Source: Paecilomyces variotii (Eukaryota). Taken from it: a stretch of DNA of 64,000 nt. The translations under genes were made by a program, and so were the position numbers. Under the pieces are notes generated by a model. That model saw only the letters and a list, made by a program, of their open reading frames with translations, did not search any database and was not told where the DNA came from. The DNA lies in assembly GCA_004022145.1 (NCBI GenBank), contig RCNU01000001.1; one strand, written 5' to 3'. How positions within the stretch are numbered: position 1 is the stretch's first letter; the number at the start of each line of letters is the position of its first letter. Below, piece after piece: positions 1 through 11,468 of this stretch.

Positions 1-776
1 GGAAAATAATAATAGAATTTAGAACTATACCAAGGAATCTTTTAAACACGCCGTAATTACTTACCGTCTGCGGACTGGCAAATTGACTCGGATGCCAATG
101 CCGGGATACTTAAGTACCCCGGATTGCCGACTACCTAGTGCCCGTCCTGGCGCCTAAGAGAACCCCCTGAAAGAAATAATTCAAGAGACTCGATCATGAT
201 CTTTTCTTCTCTTCTCTTCTCTTCTCTTTCCTTGACCGATGCGGGGAAATAATAATAATGCCCTGTTCTCTATACAATATTCCCCTCATCTCCGCGGAAA
301 AGTTCGCCAGGGACTTTAAGTACGCGGGCCGAGATGTACTCTAAGCTGAATCCGGAGTTTCTGTTACCAAACACCAAGCGCGCTGACTGGCTTCTGCTCG
401 TTTTTCTCACGAAGATCGGCCGCCAGTGATTATAACTAAACCTACCAGATGTCCTGGCTGTGACGTGAGGGGAAGAAAACCTGAATAATGATTATTGAAG
501 GCCAAAACGCGCCGCCCCAAGAACAATAATAATGGCAAAATGCTGTCCCAGATGCCCGTTCTCCTGGAAGACCCCGAGGGATGATGCGAGAGGAGGCCTT
601 TTCCTGCAAGCGGAAGGTTCTGGGTCGGTACTTCTAGTGCCTGGTTCTTTTATAGGAGTCATCCCTGACGATGATAATTACCTTTCCTTCGATTGATTGA
701 TTGATTCCTTGAACGAACACCAATCCCCTATCCACTAGGTGCTCATCTGCTCCCCGACAATCAACAGTCGGTGGCC

Positions 777-1721
777 ATGTGGTTACCCGATGCGGCCAGC
801 TGGAATATTGATATTGATCGGTACCTGAACCCTTTTCTTCCACCTCCGCCGTGGAAGTACCTGCCCTATCCCGTCTCGTGGTGGTTTGGGTACCGGAAGA
901 ACCCCCCTCGTGCACTGGGAAATGTCCTGATCGCTTTCTGGTCCTGCATCGGGATCTTTTGTGGAATCCTCTTGATCGAGGGCGTGTCGCGCCATGTGCA
1001 GGTGTTTCGGGACCATGGAGCGCCAATAATCGTAGCCAGTTTCGTAAGTTACCTGTCGTCTCTCTTCGGATCTCCTGTCGTTGCCCCGTTGCGGGCGGGT
1101 GAAGAGGTTGTATAATACTCATTCCTCCGGTCATGTACTTAGGGCGCGGGCGCTGTACTGCACTTTTCTGCTATCGAATCACCTCTGGCGCAGCCCCGAA
1201 GCGCTATCCTGGGCCAACTCATCGCCTCAGTCATCGGGGTCGGTATTGCCAAGTTATTTGCCCTGAACCCAGACGCGGAGAATCTGCGCTGGATCGCCGG
1301 AGCCTTAGCATGCGCCGCAGCCACCGTTGTTATGATTTTGACCAAAACCATCCATCCGCCCGCGGGCTCGACCGCTCTCCTGGCAGCTGTCGACGAGAAC
1401 ACGTTGGCACTCGGATGGTTGCTCGTTCCCATTATGCTGCTGGGTTGTGCGTTGATGCTGGCCGCAGCGTTGGTCGTGAACAACCTCCAACGACGCTTTC
1501 CTTCTTTCTGGTGGACGCCGGAGGACTTGACGAGACAGAAGCCGTCTGATCTGGAGAAGACGGAGACCAAATACGAACCCTCTCTGGGGAGCAGTAGTTC
1601 CCCGACGGAGACGCCAGAAGTGCAGTTGATCATTCGGAAGGGGGAAGTGATTGCGCCAGAGGGGTTTTATTTGACGGACGAAGAGCGACAGTATCTGGAA
1701 AGTCTTGTTGAACGAACATAA
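777..1721 (+). CDS. HPP-family integral membrane protein (2 exons; intron ~1044-1142)
   Basis: Splicing GTAAGT(1044)..TTAG(1142) joins APIIVASF to GAGAVLHFSAIESPLAQPRS. Later TIHPPAGSTAL carries the family's HPP signature. Several hydrophobic helices. Confidence 0.88.
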
Positions 1722-1737
1722 TAGTTAATATCTGTGA

Positions 1738-1777
1738 TTATATATATATATATATATATATTATATACTATATATAC
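1738..1777. repeat. (TA)n microsatellite
   Basis: tatatata... run immediately 3' of the HPP stop codon. Confidence 0.9.
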
Positions 1778-2487
1778 GTTAATAAATTGATGGCCACGAA
1801 ACCGAGATATCTTTCCCTTTAAGCAATGGATCAGCAGATGTTTTCGTCCCTTCAGTCTCCAATACGCTAGCTATAGCCTGATGGGTAGTATCCTTCCAGA
1901 TATAGGGTAATTAATTTACAGATCTAGATAGACATCGAATATTGTCAACTACCATATGGTCCATCCAATGCGATCTATGGTATATCAGTTTGCCACTTCA
2001 CGTGCGCTGGCGGTGACGTCTCTCGGCCAGTCAGCGATCAACCCACAGACGGGCGAATTCTCACAGATTCTCTCGCTTTTCCTCTTCTCTCCAGAATCTC
2101 TTCCTCTCCCACTTGCCTCCACACACACAGTTGGAGATAGGCATCAGATTCCATCGAGTCCTGCCAGCGTGTTGAGGACTCCCTATTCTCTCCATCCTTA
2201 TTATTTCTTTTCCTTGTGTTGCGTGCTGTCTTTGCATCCTTGCCCCTCCTCTACTTATTGGGCAGGGTCCCTCGCTTCGTCTATCGATAAGGCTTTTTTC
2301 CTACTCTAACAAACCCCACTCGAGGTTTTCAGCCCCCTCCGATTTGAATTCTCGTTTTCACCCCGCCATAGATCCACTTTCTCGAGGCGCTTTTTCTTCC
2401 TCGCTGCCTTGACCTCACAACGTCTTTTCTTCGCTTGTGATCTCTTCCCATTCCCCCTAGAGGCGTTTATCCTGATCCCCAGTCAAG

Positions 2488-4463
2488 ATGGTTTCTGCGT
2501 CCAAGGCTGCCCGTCAGGCCAAGCGTGCCGCCGAAGGTGGCGAGAAGAAGACTTCGAAGCTGGCCGCGAAGAAGGCTGCCCAGAACCCCGAACTCAATGA
2601 GGCCGACGGCAACCCTCTTCCAGGTGATGAGGCTGCCACGTCGTCCGACAAGATGAAGGCCGTCGACAAGTTGGCATCGCAGGTGGACAAGTTTGGTCTG
2701 TCCGATCGTGTCACCACCGGTGTCCTGTCCTCCATGCCGTCGTCCCGCGATATCAAGATCACCTCTTCCTCCTTGGTGTTCCACGGAAAAGTGCTCTTCA
2801 ACGACTCTACACTCGAGCTGAACTATGGCCGTCGCTACGGTCTGCTGGGTGAGAACGGTTGCGGAAAGTCCACCCTGCTGAAGGCCATTGACAAGCGCGA
2901 ATTCCCCATCCCCGAGCACATCGACATCTACCTTCTCAACGAGGGTGCGCCACCCAGTGACCTCGGTGCATTGGATTGGGTTGTGAAGGAGGCTGAGAAC
3001 GAGATGGAGCGTCTGGACAAGTTGGCTGAAGAGATTCTGGAACGGGATGGTCCCGAGTCCCCCGTTCTGGAGGACCTGTACGAGGTACGTAGCAGATGCC
3101 CCATAATCCGTCAGAATGCACTACTGACTTTGCGCAGCGTATGGAAACCATGGACCCCTCGACCTTCCACACCCGTGCATCCCTTATCTTGACTGGTCTC
3201 GGTTTCAACAAGACCACCATCACCAAGAAGACCAAGGACATGTCTGGTGGTTGGCGAATGCGTGTTGCCCTCGGTAAGGCTTTGTTCGTCAAGCCCTCTC
3301 TGCTGCTGCTCGACGACCCCACCGCCCATTTGGACCTGGAGGCATGCGTGTGGCTTGAGGAGTACCTGAAGAAGTGGGATCGCACCCTGGTCCTGGTGTC
3401 TCACTCCATGGACTTCCTCAACGGTGTCTGTACCAACATGATCGATATGCGTCAGCAGAAGCTGCTGTACTACGGTGGTAACTACGACTCTTACCACAAG
3501 ACCCGCTCCGAGCAGGAGACGAACCAGATGAAGGCCTACGCCAAGCAGCAGGAGGAAATTGCCCACATCAAGAAGTTCATCGCCTCCGCCGGTACTTACG
3601 CCAACTTGGTCCGACAGGCCAAGTCCCGTCAAAAGATCCTGGACAAGATGGAGGCCGACGGTTTCATCCAGCCCGTCATCCCAGACAGAGTCTTCACCTT
3701 CCGTTTCGCCGATGTCGAGAAGCTGCCGCCCCCCGTCCTCTCGTTCGACGACGTTACCTTCTCTTATTCCGGTAAGATGGAGGACACCTTGTACGAGCAC
3801 CTCGACTTCGGTGTCGACATGGACTCCCGAACTGCTCTTGTCGGTCCCAACGGTGTTGGCAAGTCCACCCTGCTGCGTCTGATGACCGGAAAGCTGAGCC
3901 CTATCAGTGGTCGTGTCCAACGTCACACCCACTTGAAGCTGGGTATGTACAGTCAGCACTCCGCCGAGCAGCTAGACTTGACCAAGTCCGCTCTCGAGTT
4001 CGTCCGTGACAAGTTCCCCGAGAAGAGTCAGGACTTCCAGTACTGGCGTCAGCAGCTTGGTCGGTACGGTCTGACCGGTGAAGCTCAGACTGCACTGATG
4101 GGCACTCTGTCCGAGGGTCAGAAGAGTCGTATTGTCTTCGCCCTGCTGGCCATCGAGTCTCCAAACATGCTGCTTCTGGACGAGCCTACCAACGGTCTCG
4201 ATATTCCTACCATTGACAGTCTGGCGGATGCTATCAACGCGTTCAACGGAGGTGTCGTCGTTGTCTCTCACGACTTCAGGTACGTTCCTATCCAATGGCC
4301 GTTTGTTTCTAGAATACGATGCTAATTTCTTCGCAGACTTCTCGACAAGATTGCTAAGGACATCATGGTCTGTGAGAACAAGACTATTCGCCGCTGGGAT
4401 GGCAGTATCGGAGAGTACAAGAACTACCTCCGCAAGAAGATGATCAACCAGGGCCAGGTCTAA
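2488..4463 (+). CDS. ARB1: ABC-F ATPase Arb1/ABCF2 (ribosome biogenesis/quality control); introns ~3085-3137 and ~4280-4336
   Basis: Two ABC cassettes with no TM domains: [51 protein letters not shown]-terminus [13 protein letters not shown] is typical of fungal Arb1. Strong C-ending codon bias. Confidence 0.95.
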
Positions 4464-5634
4464 AAGGGCCGAGATCGATTAGACCAACAATTGACGAAAT
4501 TGAGAAGAGCACACAGCCGTGGTACGGCTCTTCCACACGCCTCCATGACGATCTCCTATATCGACGTGGGAAGGAGGTGAAATCGTGCTGTCTCCCACCT
4601 TGTCGCCACCCTCGGATAAAGGCTCATCTCGAGAGCCCCTTTTCGTCCGGTTTCTTTTTTGGTACATTGCGATGCTTGTTTACGGATAGACTACTGCTGT
4701 TGGGATCTGTTTCTTTGCTTCTCAATTATAGGATGAACCGCTCATAGGTTTGCGAGCGCTTATTCCCCTTCTCTCACGGAAGTTACGAGTATTCCTGGGT
4801 ATGAGAGGAGCGATGGGATTCCAATCCTCGTTTCTCTGCGCGGACGTTCGGATGGCGGTGATGGAATCGGGGCTGGAAGATGTCGTGCACCCTGTGTATG
4901 GTATAGCCTGAAATAGATGGGCTAGACTGAGATAATAATTTGCAGAGACAGTTACGGTCTCTGCTCCGGAAAAGTCAATATTACAGGTTCAAGTTTAACA
5001 AATAGTCTCGGAGATCATCTACTGTAGCGGCTATGAGTCAGTTGTACGTCGACGCCATTTACAATCACCATGTTTTTTTATCGATGAATCAGGTGCCATC
5101 AGGTGCAATGATTCTACTACAAAATACTCCCAGAACAGCTAGATGCGGGGAATTAGGTTATAGCTCTTGCAGCAGCTGGGAAATAGGATGGGAAGGACGA
5201 CCCTGATTGATAAAGCTGGTTTGCTCTATGGTTTACTACTATTTCGTTCTTGTCAGATTACACTCTCGAGTGGTGGGGCTTGAAAGAAGGCACAGTCGTT
5301 GATGACGGTTGTGTTAGACGGATCTCTTTCAACTAGCAATCCACTGAAACATCTACAAACTCACGGTCCATTGAGCGTGTACCTAGAACTGAATCCTATT
5401 CGATTCCTAGCTGATGTGTCCAGCAACCGGAGGCTCTGGTGTTCTCTGTTGAATCACCCGGTTAGATTCTAATAATGACAGCTAACGAATCCACTTCCAT
5501 TAACTTATTACTGACATACTTTTATCCGGGAAGGGATGGATGTTCATTAAACTAATGTGAGATCTCATTCTTGACAATAACTAGCAGCAACAAATAATCA
5601 GTCAGGCTTTCGTAACATGCGTCCATCGGTCCAT

Positions 5635-6660
5635 CTACAAAGAGACCACAAGCTTCTTCGCGGAGACCCCTTTCTTCAGCGTATCAAGCCCGCTCTGCAC
5701 AGACTCGAGACCATTTCCAACCGTAACCGTCTCCAAAGGAATAAACCGCCCATCAGCAAGAGCGGCAGGCAGGTAGTCGTGGAAGACAGCCTTGCCAACA
5801 GCATTGTCTTTGATGGTCGTTGCAAGAACCGGTTTTACGATCACTGTCTCAGAAATGCCATCTGGAACCCCAGACACGGTAGCCAGTATTTTGATACCTT
5901 TCAACTTGGATACCACCTCAGCCGCAGCCTGAACTGCTCCGCCGCTATTAACAGCATCCAACCCCCCGACAAAAGCCTTTGAACTGAGAATACCCACCAG
6001 ATCCTCGACTACATTCGAGCTGTTATAGTCCACCACCTCACTGGCACCGAGTTTCTTCACGAGATCGAAATTCTTCGGCGAAGCAGTAGTGACCACTTCG
6101 TATCCCGCGGCAACAGCGAGCTGAATAGCACTAGAACCCACAACAGACGCACCACCCCAAATCAAAACCGTATCGCCATTCTTCGACACTGGCGTCGTAG
6201 ACGCAGACGGGTACCTCAGCGCCAAATATCCTTCTTGAAACAACCCCGCCGCAGCAGTAGCCACTCCCAACGGGACACCCGCAGCAGTCTCAAAGGACAC
6301 ATTCTTCGGTATGCCAGAGGCGATAGAATCCTCCACGATTGTATACTGCTGAAACCCAGCTTCGCTATTCCTCTTCGTTAAGAAAGAAGCAGTAAGGCCG
6401 AAGACACGATCACCCTTTTTAAAACGAGTCACATCGCTACCGACCTCAAATACCGTACCGGCAACTTCTTCACCAAGTATAACGGGATACACGAATGGGA
6501 TGAAGGCAAATGACTGGATCATGTAGTCGATGTGGTTCAGACCCAGCGCAGCGTTCTGGACGACGATCTCATTGGCTCCTGGGGAGGTGTATGGTGCTGG
6601 ATTGACTTGGAGAGGGTATGCTTTGGCTTCGGTAAGCCAGGCTGCTTTGTTGGTGGGCAT
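5635..6660 (-). CDS. MDR-superfamily enoyl-reductase-like oxidoreductase (CipB/ToxD/LovC-like), intronless
   Basis: MPTNKAAWL start at 6660; YPVILGEEVAGTV; nucleotide-binding VLIWGGASVVG; TTASPKNFDLVKKLGA; C-terminal GVSAKKLVVSL. Confidence 0.9.
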   Translation of the reverse strand: MPTNKAAWLTEAKAYPLQVNPAPYTSPGANEIVVQNAALGLNHIDYMIQSFAFIPFVYPVILGEEVAGTVFEVGSDVTRFKKGDRVFGLTASFLTKRNSEAGFQQYTIVEDSIASGIPKNVSFETAAGVPLGVATAAAGLFQEGYLALRYPSASTTPVSKNGDTVLIWGGASVVGSSAIQLAVAAGYEVVTTASPKNFDLVKKLGASEVVDYNSSNVVEDLVGILSSKAFVGGLDAVNSGGAVQAAAEVVSKLKGIKILATVSGVPDGISETVIVKPVLATTIKDNAVGKAVFHDYLPAALADGRFIPLETVTVGNGLESVQSGLDTLKKGVSAKKLVVSL

Positions 6661-7338
6661 TGCTTTTCTTTTTTTGGTAAAGGAAAGAGGAAAGATATAA
6701 AGTATGGCTCTGAGAGAAGTAATGGATGGATGGATTCTCCGTGGGGAGTTTCGTGTGTTTGGTTTAAATGGATATATCTGAATCTTCTTACATTCCTTCC
6801 GAGAAAGGGCAGTCATCATGACATTTATATCTTCCGGTTAGTTAGTTGACCATAAAGCTTACAAAGATAAATCAACTAACTAACTAACTGAATCCCCACG
6901 GATTCAAACAAATATACAGCAATAGCAAAAAAATCAAGGCGATAATTTCCCATTTAGGAAATCCATCATATCCGACCAAACGCTCACTGAGCGGGCTCGC
7001 TCGCTGTTATCGGCATACTTAACTACCTAGCTGCAGGCTGACATCTCGGCGATAACAAAAACCCCGACATCATCATCATCATTCTAACTCCGCGCCACAA
7101 TCCTGATTTGTAACCCATAGATAAACCCTAACTATATCTGATCTGACCTGATCTCTAATGTTCTTCCAACCGGCCATAATTCCCACTTCTAGAAACACAC
7201 TCTAGTTAGATAAATAAATTAACCCCGAGGCATTCGGACTTCGGGGGCTCGGATGTAGTTGCTTTTACCTTTGTGAACTACTGTTTTAGCGGTATTTTAT
7301 TCTAGCGCCATGTTGAGGAGGGAGCTAGGTAGGTAGCT

Positions 7339-7366
7339 CGGATCCGGATCTGGATCTGGATCTGGA
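7339..7366. repeat. (GGATCY)n hexamer tandem repeat
   Basis: ggatccggatctggatctggatctgga in an AT-rich intergenic region. Confidence 0.8.
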
Positions 7367-7847
7367 GGGGAAGATGGTACGTATTGGAATTATCTAGCTA
7401 ATGTATGTGCTAATAATAGATATAGTGCGGTATGGTCTGCTTTGGCGTGGTATGTTTATTGTGGTGTGGTGTGTGATGGGAGAGATGAGATCGATAAATA
7501 TAGTTTCCTGCGTAGGTAGAGTGTGGATATGACGCAATGGTTCAAAAACGTTTTTCTGTTCTATGGGGAGAAGGGCGGCTTTCTACGTTTGGGAGCGGGG
7601 TGGGTGGTATCTCTCTGATGTATATTATTTATTACAAGGAGATGGAATGGTTTGACTTGTTGATCGGGAATATCACGCAAGAGTCTTTTACTTCCTCGAA
7701 TATTCGTCTACATGTGCTGCTTCACAGAAATTATTGCAATGAGAGTTTGGAGAACCCCAGTGATATTATAGTGATAGTAAAGTTGATAATAATAACAAGA
7801 GATGAAGGTTATATAGTCGCTACATCGTGTCTGCATAATGTCTGATA

Positions 7848-9284
7848 TCACCCCTCCGTGCTCTCCCTTGACCCTTCTGCGTTTTGCTGTTTCACACGTT
7901 GCATAACAATGTCACCTCCAAACAGATCTCGGGCCTCTTTCTCCCTCTTCTCTCTCTCAAGCCGTCGCTTCTTCGCAGCGCGCTCCATCTCGCTTTCAGA
8001 GACGCCTTCTGACACGGCACCACTGCCGGCTGCCGAGGGAGTGACGCCAGTGCTGGAGTTCCCCGAGTCACGCTTCTTCGCGCGGTTTAGACCCACCAGA
8101 TCAATCTTCTCCGGATTCTGGCACTGATAGAGCTTCTTTCCGATTCGTTTGAGGGACTTCATTTTGTCTGGATCGGAGGAGAGCGGTTTGTATGACCCCA
8201 GAAGCGTACTGCAATCCGCTAGTCTGACAGAGAGCTTCTGGCGGATTATGGCTATCGGATCTGTAGGCTCTGCTGCAATCCCTTCAGCAACAAGCCCAAG
8301 CTTAGTGTTGAGGTAGAATTCTGCGAGAGGCCGGTCCGCGAGGAGGAATGCAGACAACCAGATCTGCGACGGCGTGTAGAGGAAATAGGCATCTGTCATT
8401 TGAGCAGCTGTCTTGAGGATTTCGCGGGTGTTGTGATGTGCCCTGCGGATGCGGTCCACGAGAGGAGGAGGCTTCTTATCTGCAGGTAGGTCTGGTGGTG
8501 GTGGTATCGAATGTAGCGCACGCTTCAGACTGTCTGCCGTCTGTGTCGGTTGATGCGGTGCCGGCCTTCCCTCACCCTGTGCGATGGCCTCTAGTTCCAT
8601 AATTCCTCCCTCCAGGCCGCGGAAAGGATGTCGCACGTCGAATGTAAATCGTAATCCTTGAGTGAGAAGGAACTCAGGCGCAATGACGTCTTCTGCGGTG
8701 TTTTTTCCAGGAATACCATCGGCGAAGGATCGTAGAGACATGTAGTAATTTTCCGTCTTGGTAGCGAGGAACAGGGCGCAGGCCATTATGGATTTCGGAT
8801 GGTAGGTCATGGGTGAGTTTGTCAGGTAGAATCGACGAAGATATTGGATCGCAGTTGCCTGTTTGAGAAGGGCTTTTATCAGTAACGAAGTCCTAGAGAA
8901 ACAGGTCTTGATGAGGCTGTTCTGAGATCGCTAGTAACTTACCCTGACGATTGTTGGCAGCGGCGGCTTGTAGGTCTCCCCCAGCTCCAGCGTCTTTTCA
9001 CAGTAATAGCCAACCAATTCTAACTCCTCCTGAGGTGTCAAGCACTCGATCTCCTTCTCCGGACCACCTTCTGTCTTTGCCTCTGCATCGCCGGGGGTGG
9101 GCGTTCCCGCTGCAGAGGGACCCTCTGTAGCGGACTGTCGTGCCTGGCGTGCTCGCCGCAACGCTGCGCGGACCCTGTCACCTGCGAGAGCATTGGTGCT
9201 ACTGCGAAGGGAAGCTAGGGAGTCCTGTGTGAAGGACCATAGTCGGAACTGCGTCGAGGAACGGTAGATCTCGTCTTCGATCAT
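7848..9284 (-). CDS. CCL1: Cyclin H / Ccl1 (TFIIH kinase cyclin); intron ~8859-8942
   Basis: MIEDEIYRSSTQFRLWSF N-terminus; cyclin box LPTIVR/ATAIQYLRRFYLTNSPMTYHPKSIMACALFLATKTEN; TDAYFLYTPSQIWLSA. Confidence 0.92.
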
Positions 9285-9799
9285 GACTGATAGTCTCGCC
9301 AGTACTCTGCGATATGTGTCGATCACAGGGTGTAATCGAGGAAGCACGAATTCCGAGACTGAACAGGATTATAACTATAAGGATGTCATGATCTCATGTG
9401 TGTTGTTTTTCTTTTTTAACTGCTGCAGCGACCAACCCGTTCAAAGTGGCCTCCTGCGGCTGGGTTGGAGATCGAAGGGAGAAATGTGCTTATCGATACG
9501 GGAGCTTGGATCCCGCTTGAGCTTCCACCGCCTTACTTAGCTCAAGTGACAGTCAGGACGACATTATGGATACACCGAACCATTTATTTGCTCCATTCAT
9601 CACATTCAATTCATTCGTTACATGAGAATCAGACTAAATACAGCTGGCATGAGATCAGAGGAAATTGGATCTAGCACTAAATGTGCAAACGCCACAGGAA
9701 CGTCATTTCGCCAGGCACCATACGCTCGACCAGCACCCATGGATTTGTACCTTTCGAAGTACCCAAGTATATTTCGATGCAAATTCGTTACTGCGTGGA

Positions 9800-10673
9800 T
9801 TAGGCCTCGCCCAGAAGTCGCGCGGTAATATCGCCCATATAAGCCTCTTCTAACTCATAGTCCTCCCCGCCCATGGGGTCGATCCCGACGTACTTGAAGG
9901 CCGCTACGACCCTGTCGACGTCGAAGCCCATACTGACGAAGCGATCGATCAAGTCTTTATTGTATCCATCATACCTGGAGGGTTTGTTAGCAAAGGAAAC
10001 CGACTCTACATAGAATATTGGCGTCATACTTGGCGAGTTCATCCCGCTCCTGTTCCTCTTTTGATTTGATCTCCTGTTGTCGGATAGATTCGCTTGTTGC
10101 ACCACCACTGCCCTCAGCTATCTGCTTCTTTGGAGCTCCTGCGTAAACGACGGCCCACTCCCTTGCGACTCGTTCAAACTCCCTTGGATTCCGTAAAAGC
10201 ATATTGGCGACTTCCGCATCCTGCGGGTCTTTCGGTTCCGGGGTGCTAAGCAACGACTGCAGGGAAAGAAGAGCTGACTTGATCGTCAGGACGGGGGACC
10301 AAGCCGAGGAGAGGGTATCGAGACAGATTGCTCCCTGGGCAGTAGTGAACCCGTCAGCCATCGATGCGCTTCTCAATAATAATTCTCAGAGGCAAATTTA
10401 ACAGTGGCCTACCGTCTGACTGCTGACATTGGGATGCCAGACCTTGGTCTCGAACTTCATGATCGGAGGGCGGAATGGGTATTCATTGGGTATCCTGATG
10501 TCGACAAAATAAGTGCCATCCTCGTAGGGAGTACCTGGAGGACCTTTGAAGGAGCCCCGGATATGAGTGAGGTCGTCCCCACCCCCTAGTGGTTCAGCTG
10601 TGACTTGCGAATGTGTATCCGCATGGATGTCTGCGATTTCTTTCGCGATACGGCGGTTGCGATTGGAAGCCAT
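9800..10673 (-). CDS. UBC1: Ubiquitin-conjugating enzyme Ubc1/UBE2K with C-terminal UBA domain (3 exons)
   Basis: UBC core GPPGTPYE...WHPNVSSQT/GAICLDTL with catalytic Cys; PEPKDPQDAEVA; UBA-like LIDRFVSMGFDVDRVV. Confidence 0.95.
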
Positions 10674-11272
10674 GGCGTCAGAGTCGTTGCAGACAGCGGA
10701 ACCTTTCGACTGAGAAGGACGTCTCCAAAAAGACTTGAGAGCGGTTTAGATGAAGTATCTGACAGAGGCTCTCGAGTAGGCAGCACCGGTTGGATCGCCA
10801 GCTAAGGCAGACACGCTTCCAGCCCAATCTGCGTGTAGACTTAAGTTTATTAGCGGGGTTCTCAAACTAGAAAAGCAGTGAACTGCAGACGGCATAAAGT
10901 ACGGTGAATATGACATCGATTGTTCAGATTGCGATGGTACGATGCAGGTGGAAACTACAAGAATAAATAGCGACGGTTCGAGGGCCGTTCCGTACCTTCA
11001 GGTGACCGTGACTGGGCGGAAATAAGCGCTGTGCAACTCCGCAGGCCTGAGTCAACTCACAAGAATAATAATAACTAGATATCTGTAGGAAATCCCTCCA
11101 GGATGCGTTAGTGGCGCGCTAGGAGTATGCACCTACAACTCGAGGACGGGATACTCGAGGAGGGGATAATTAGGCGTAATTCAGAGAGAAATCCAATCCA
11201 ATCTTGGCGGGACGAGGAATACTGAGCTGGCGGACGATAAGCGGCAGAGTGACGCAGCCGTCGCTGACTGGG

Positions 11273-11284
11273 GTCACGTGCCAC
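11273..11284. promoter_or_regulatory. GTCACGTG E-box (bHLH/Cbf1-type) overlapping a GTGGC core, in the UBC1-RPT2 divergent promoter
   Basis: gggtcacgtgccac, about 190 bp upstream of the RPT2 ATG. Motif match only. Confidence 0.4.
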
Positions 11285-11468
11285 AGCTGCCCGGCGATGG
11301 CGACTTGACCGGACAGCTTGAGCTTCTGACAAACACCACTGCTCCTAGCTGCAACAACCATCACAACCCTCGATCCAGCCATCCTGCCAGAGACAGGAGA
11401 AGTCCCTCTGGCTTGCTGCTGATCTGTTTGCTCTGATTTTGTATCCTGCGGTTTCCCTCTAGTTCATA

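Noticed and set aside
1956..2487. 117-aa ORF and pyrimidine-rich stretch upstream of ARB1
   Set aside because: Looks like core promoter and 5' UTR CT-rich sequence; no coding signal.
3111..3959. 282-aa antisense ORF inside ARB1 (similarly the 263-aa antisense ORF at 56394-57185)
   Set aside because: Shadow ORFs expected from strong C-ending codon bias on the sense strand; no recognisable protein features.
6661..6819. 53-aa N-terminal extension of the enoyl-reductase ORF in the ORF track
   Set aside because: Family-like sequence begins at MPTNKAAWL (6660) after an A-rich leader; the extension is probably UTR.
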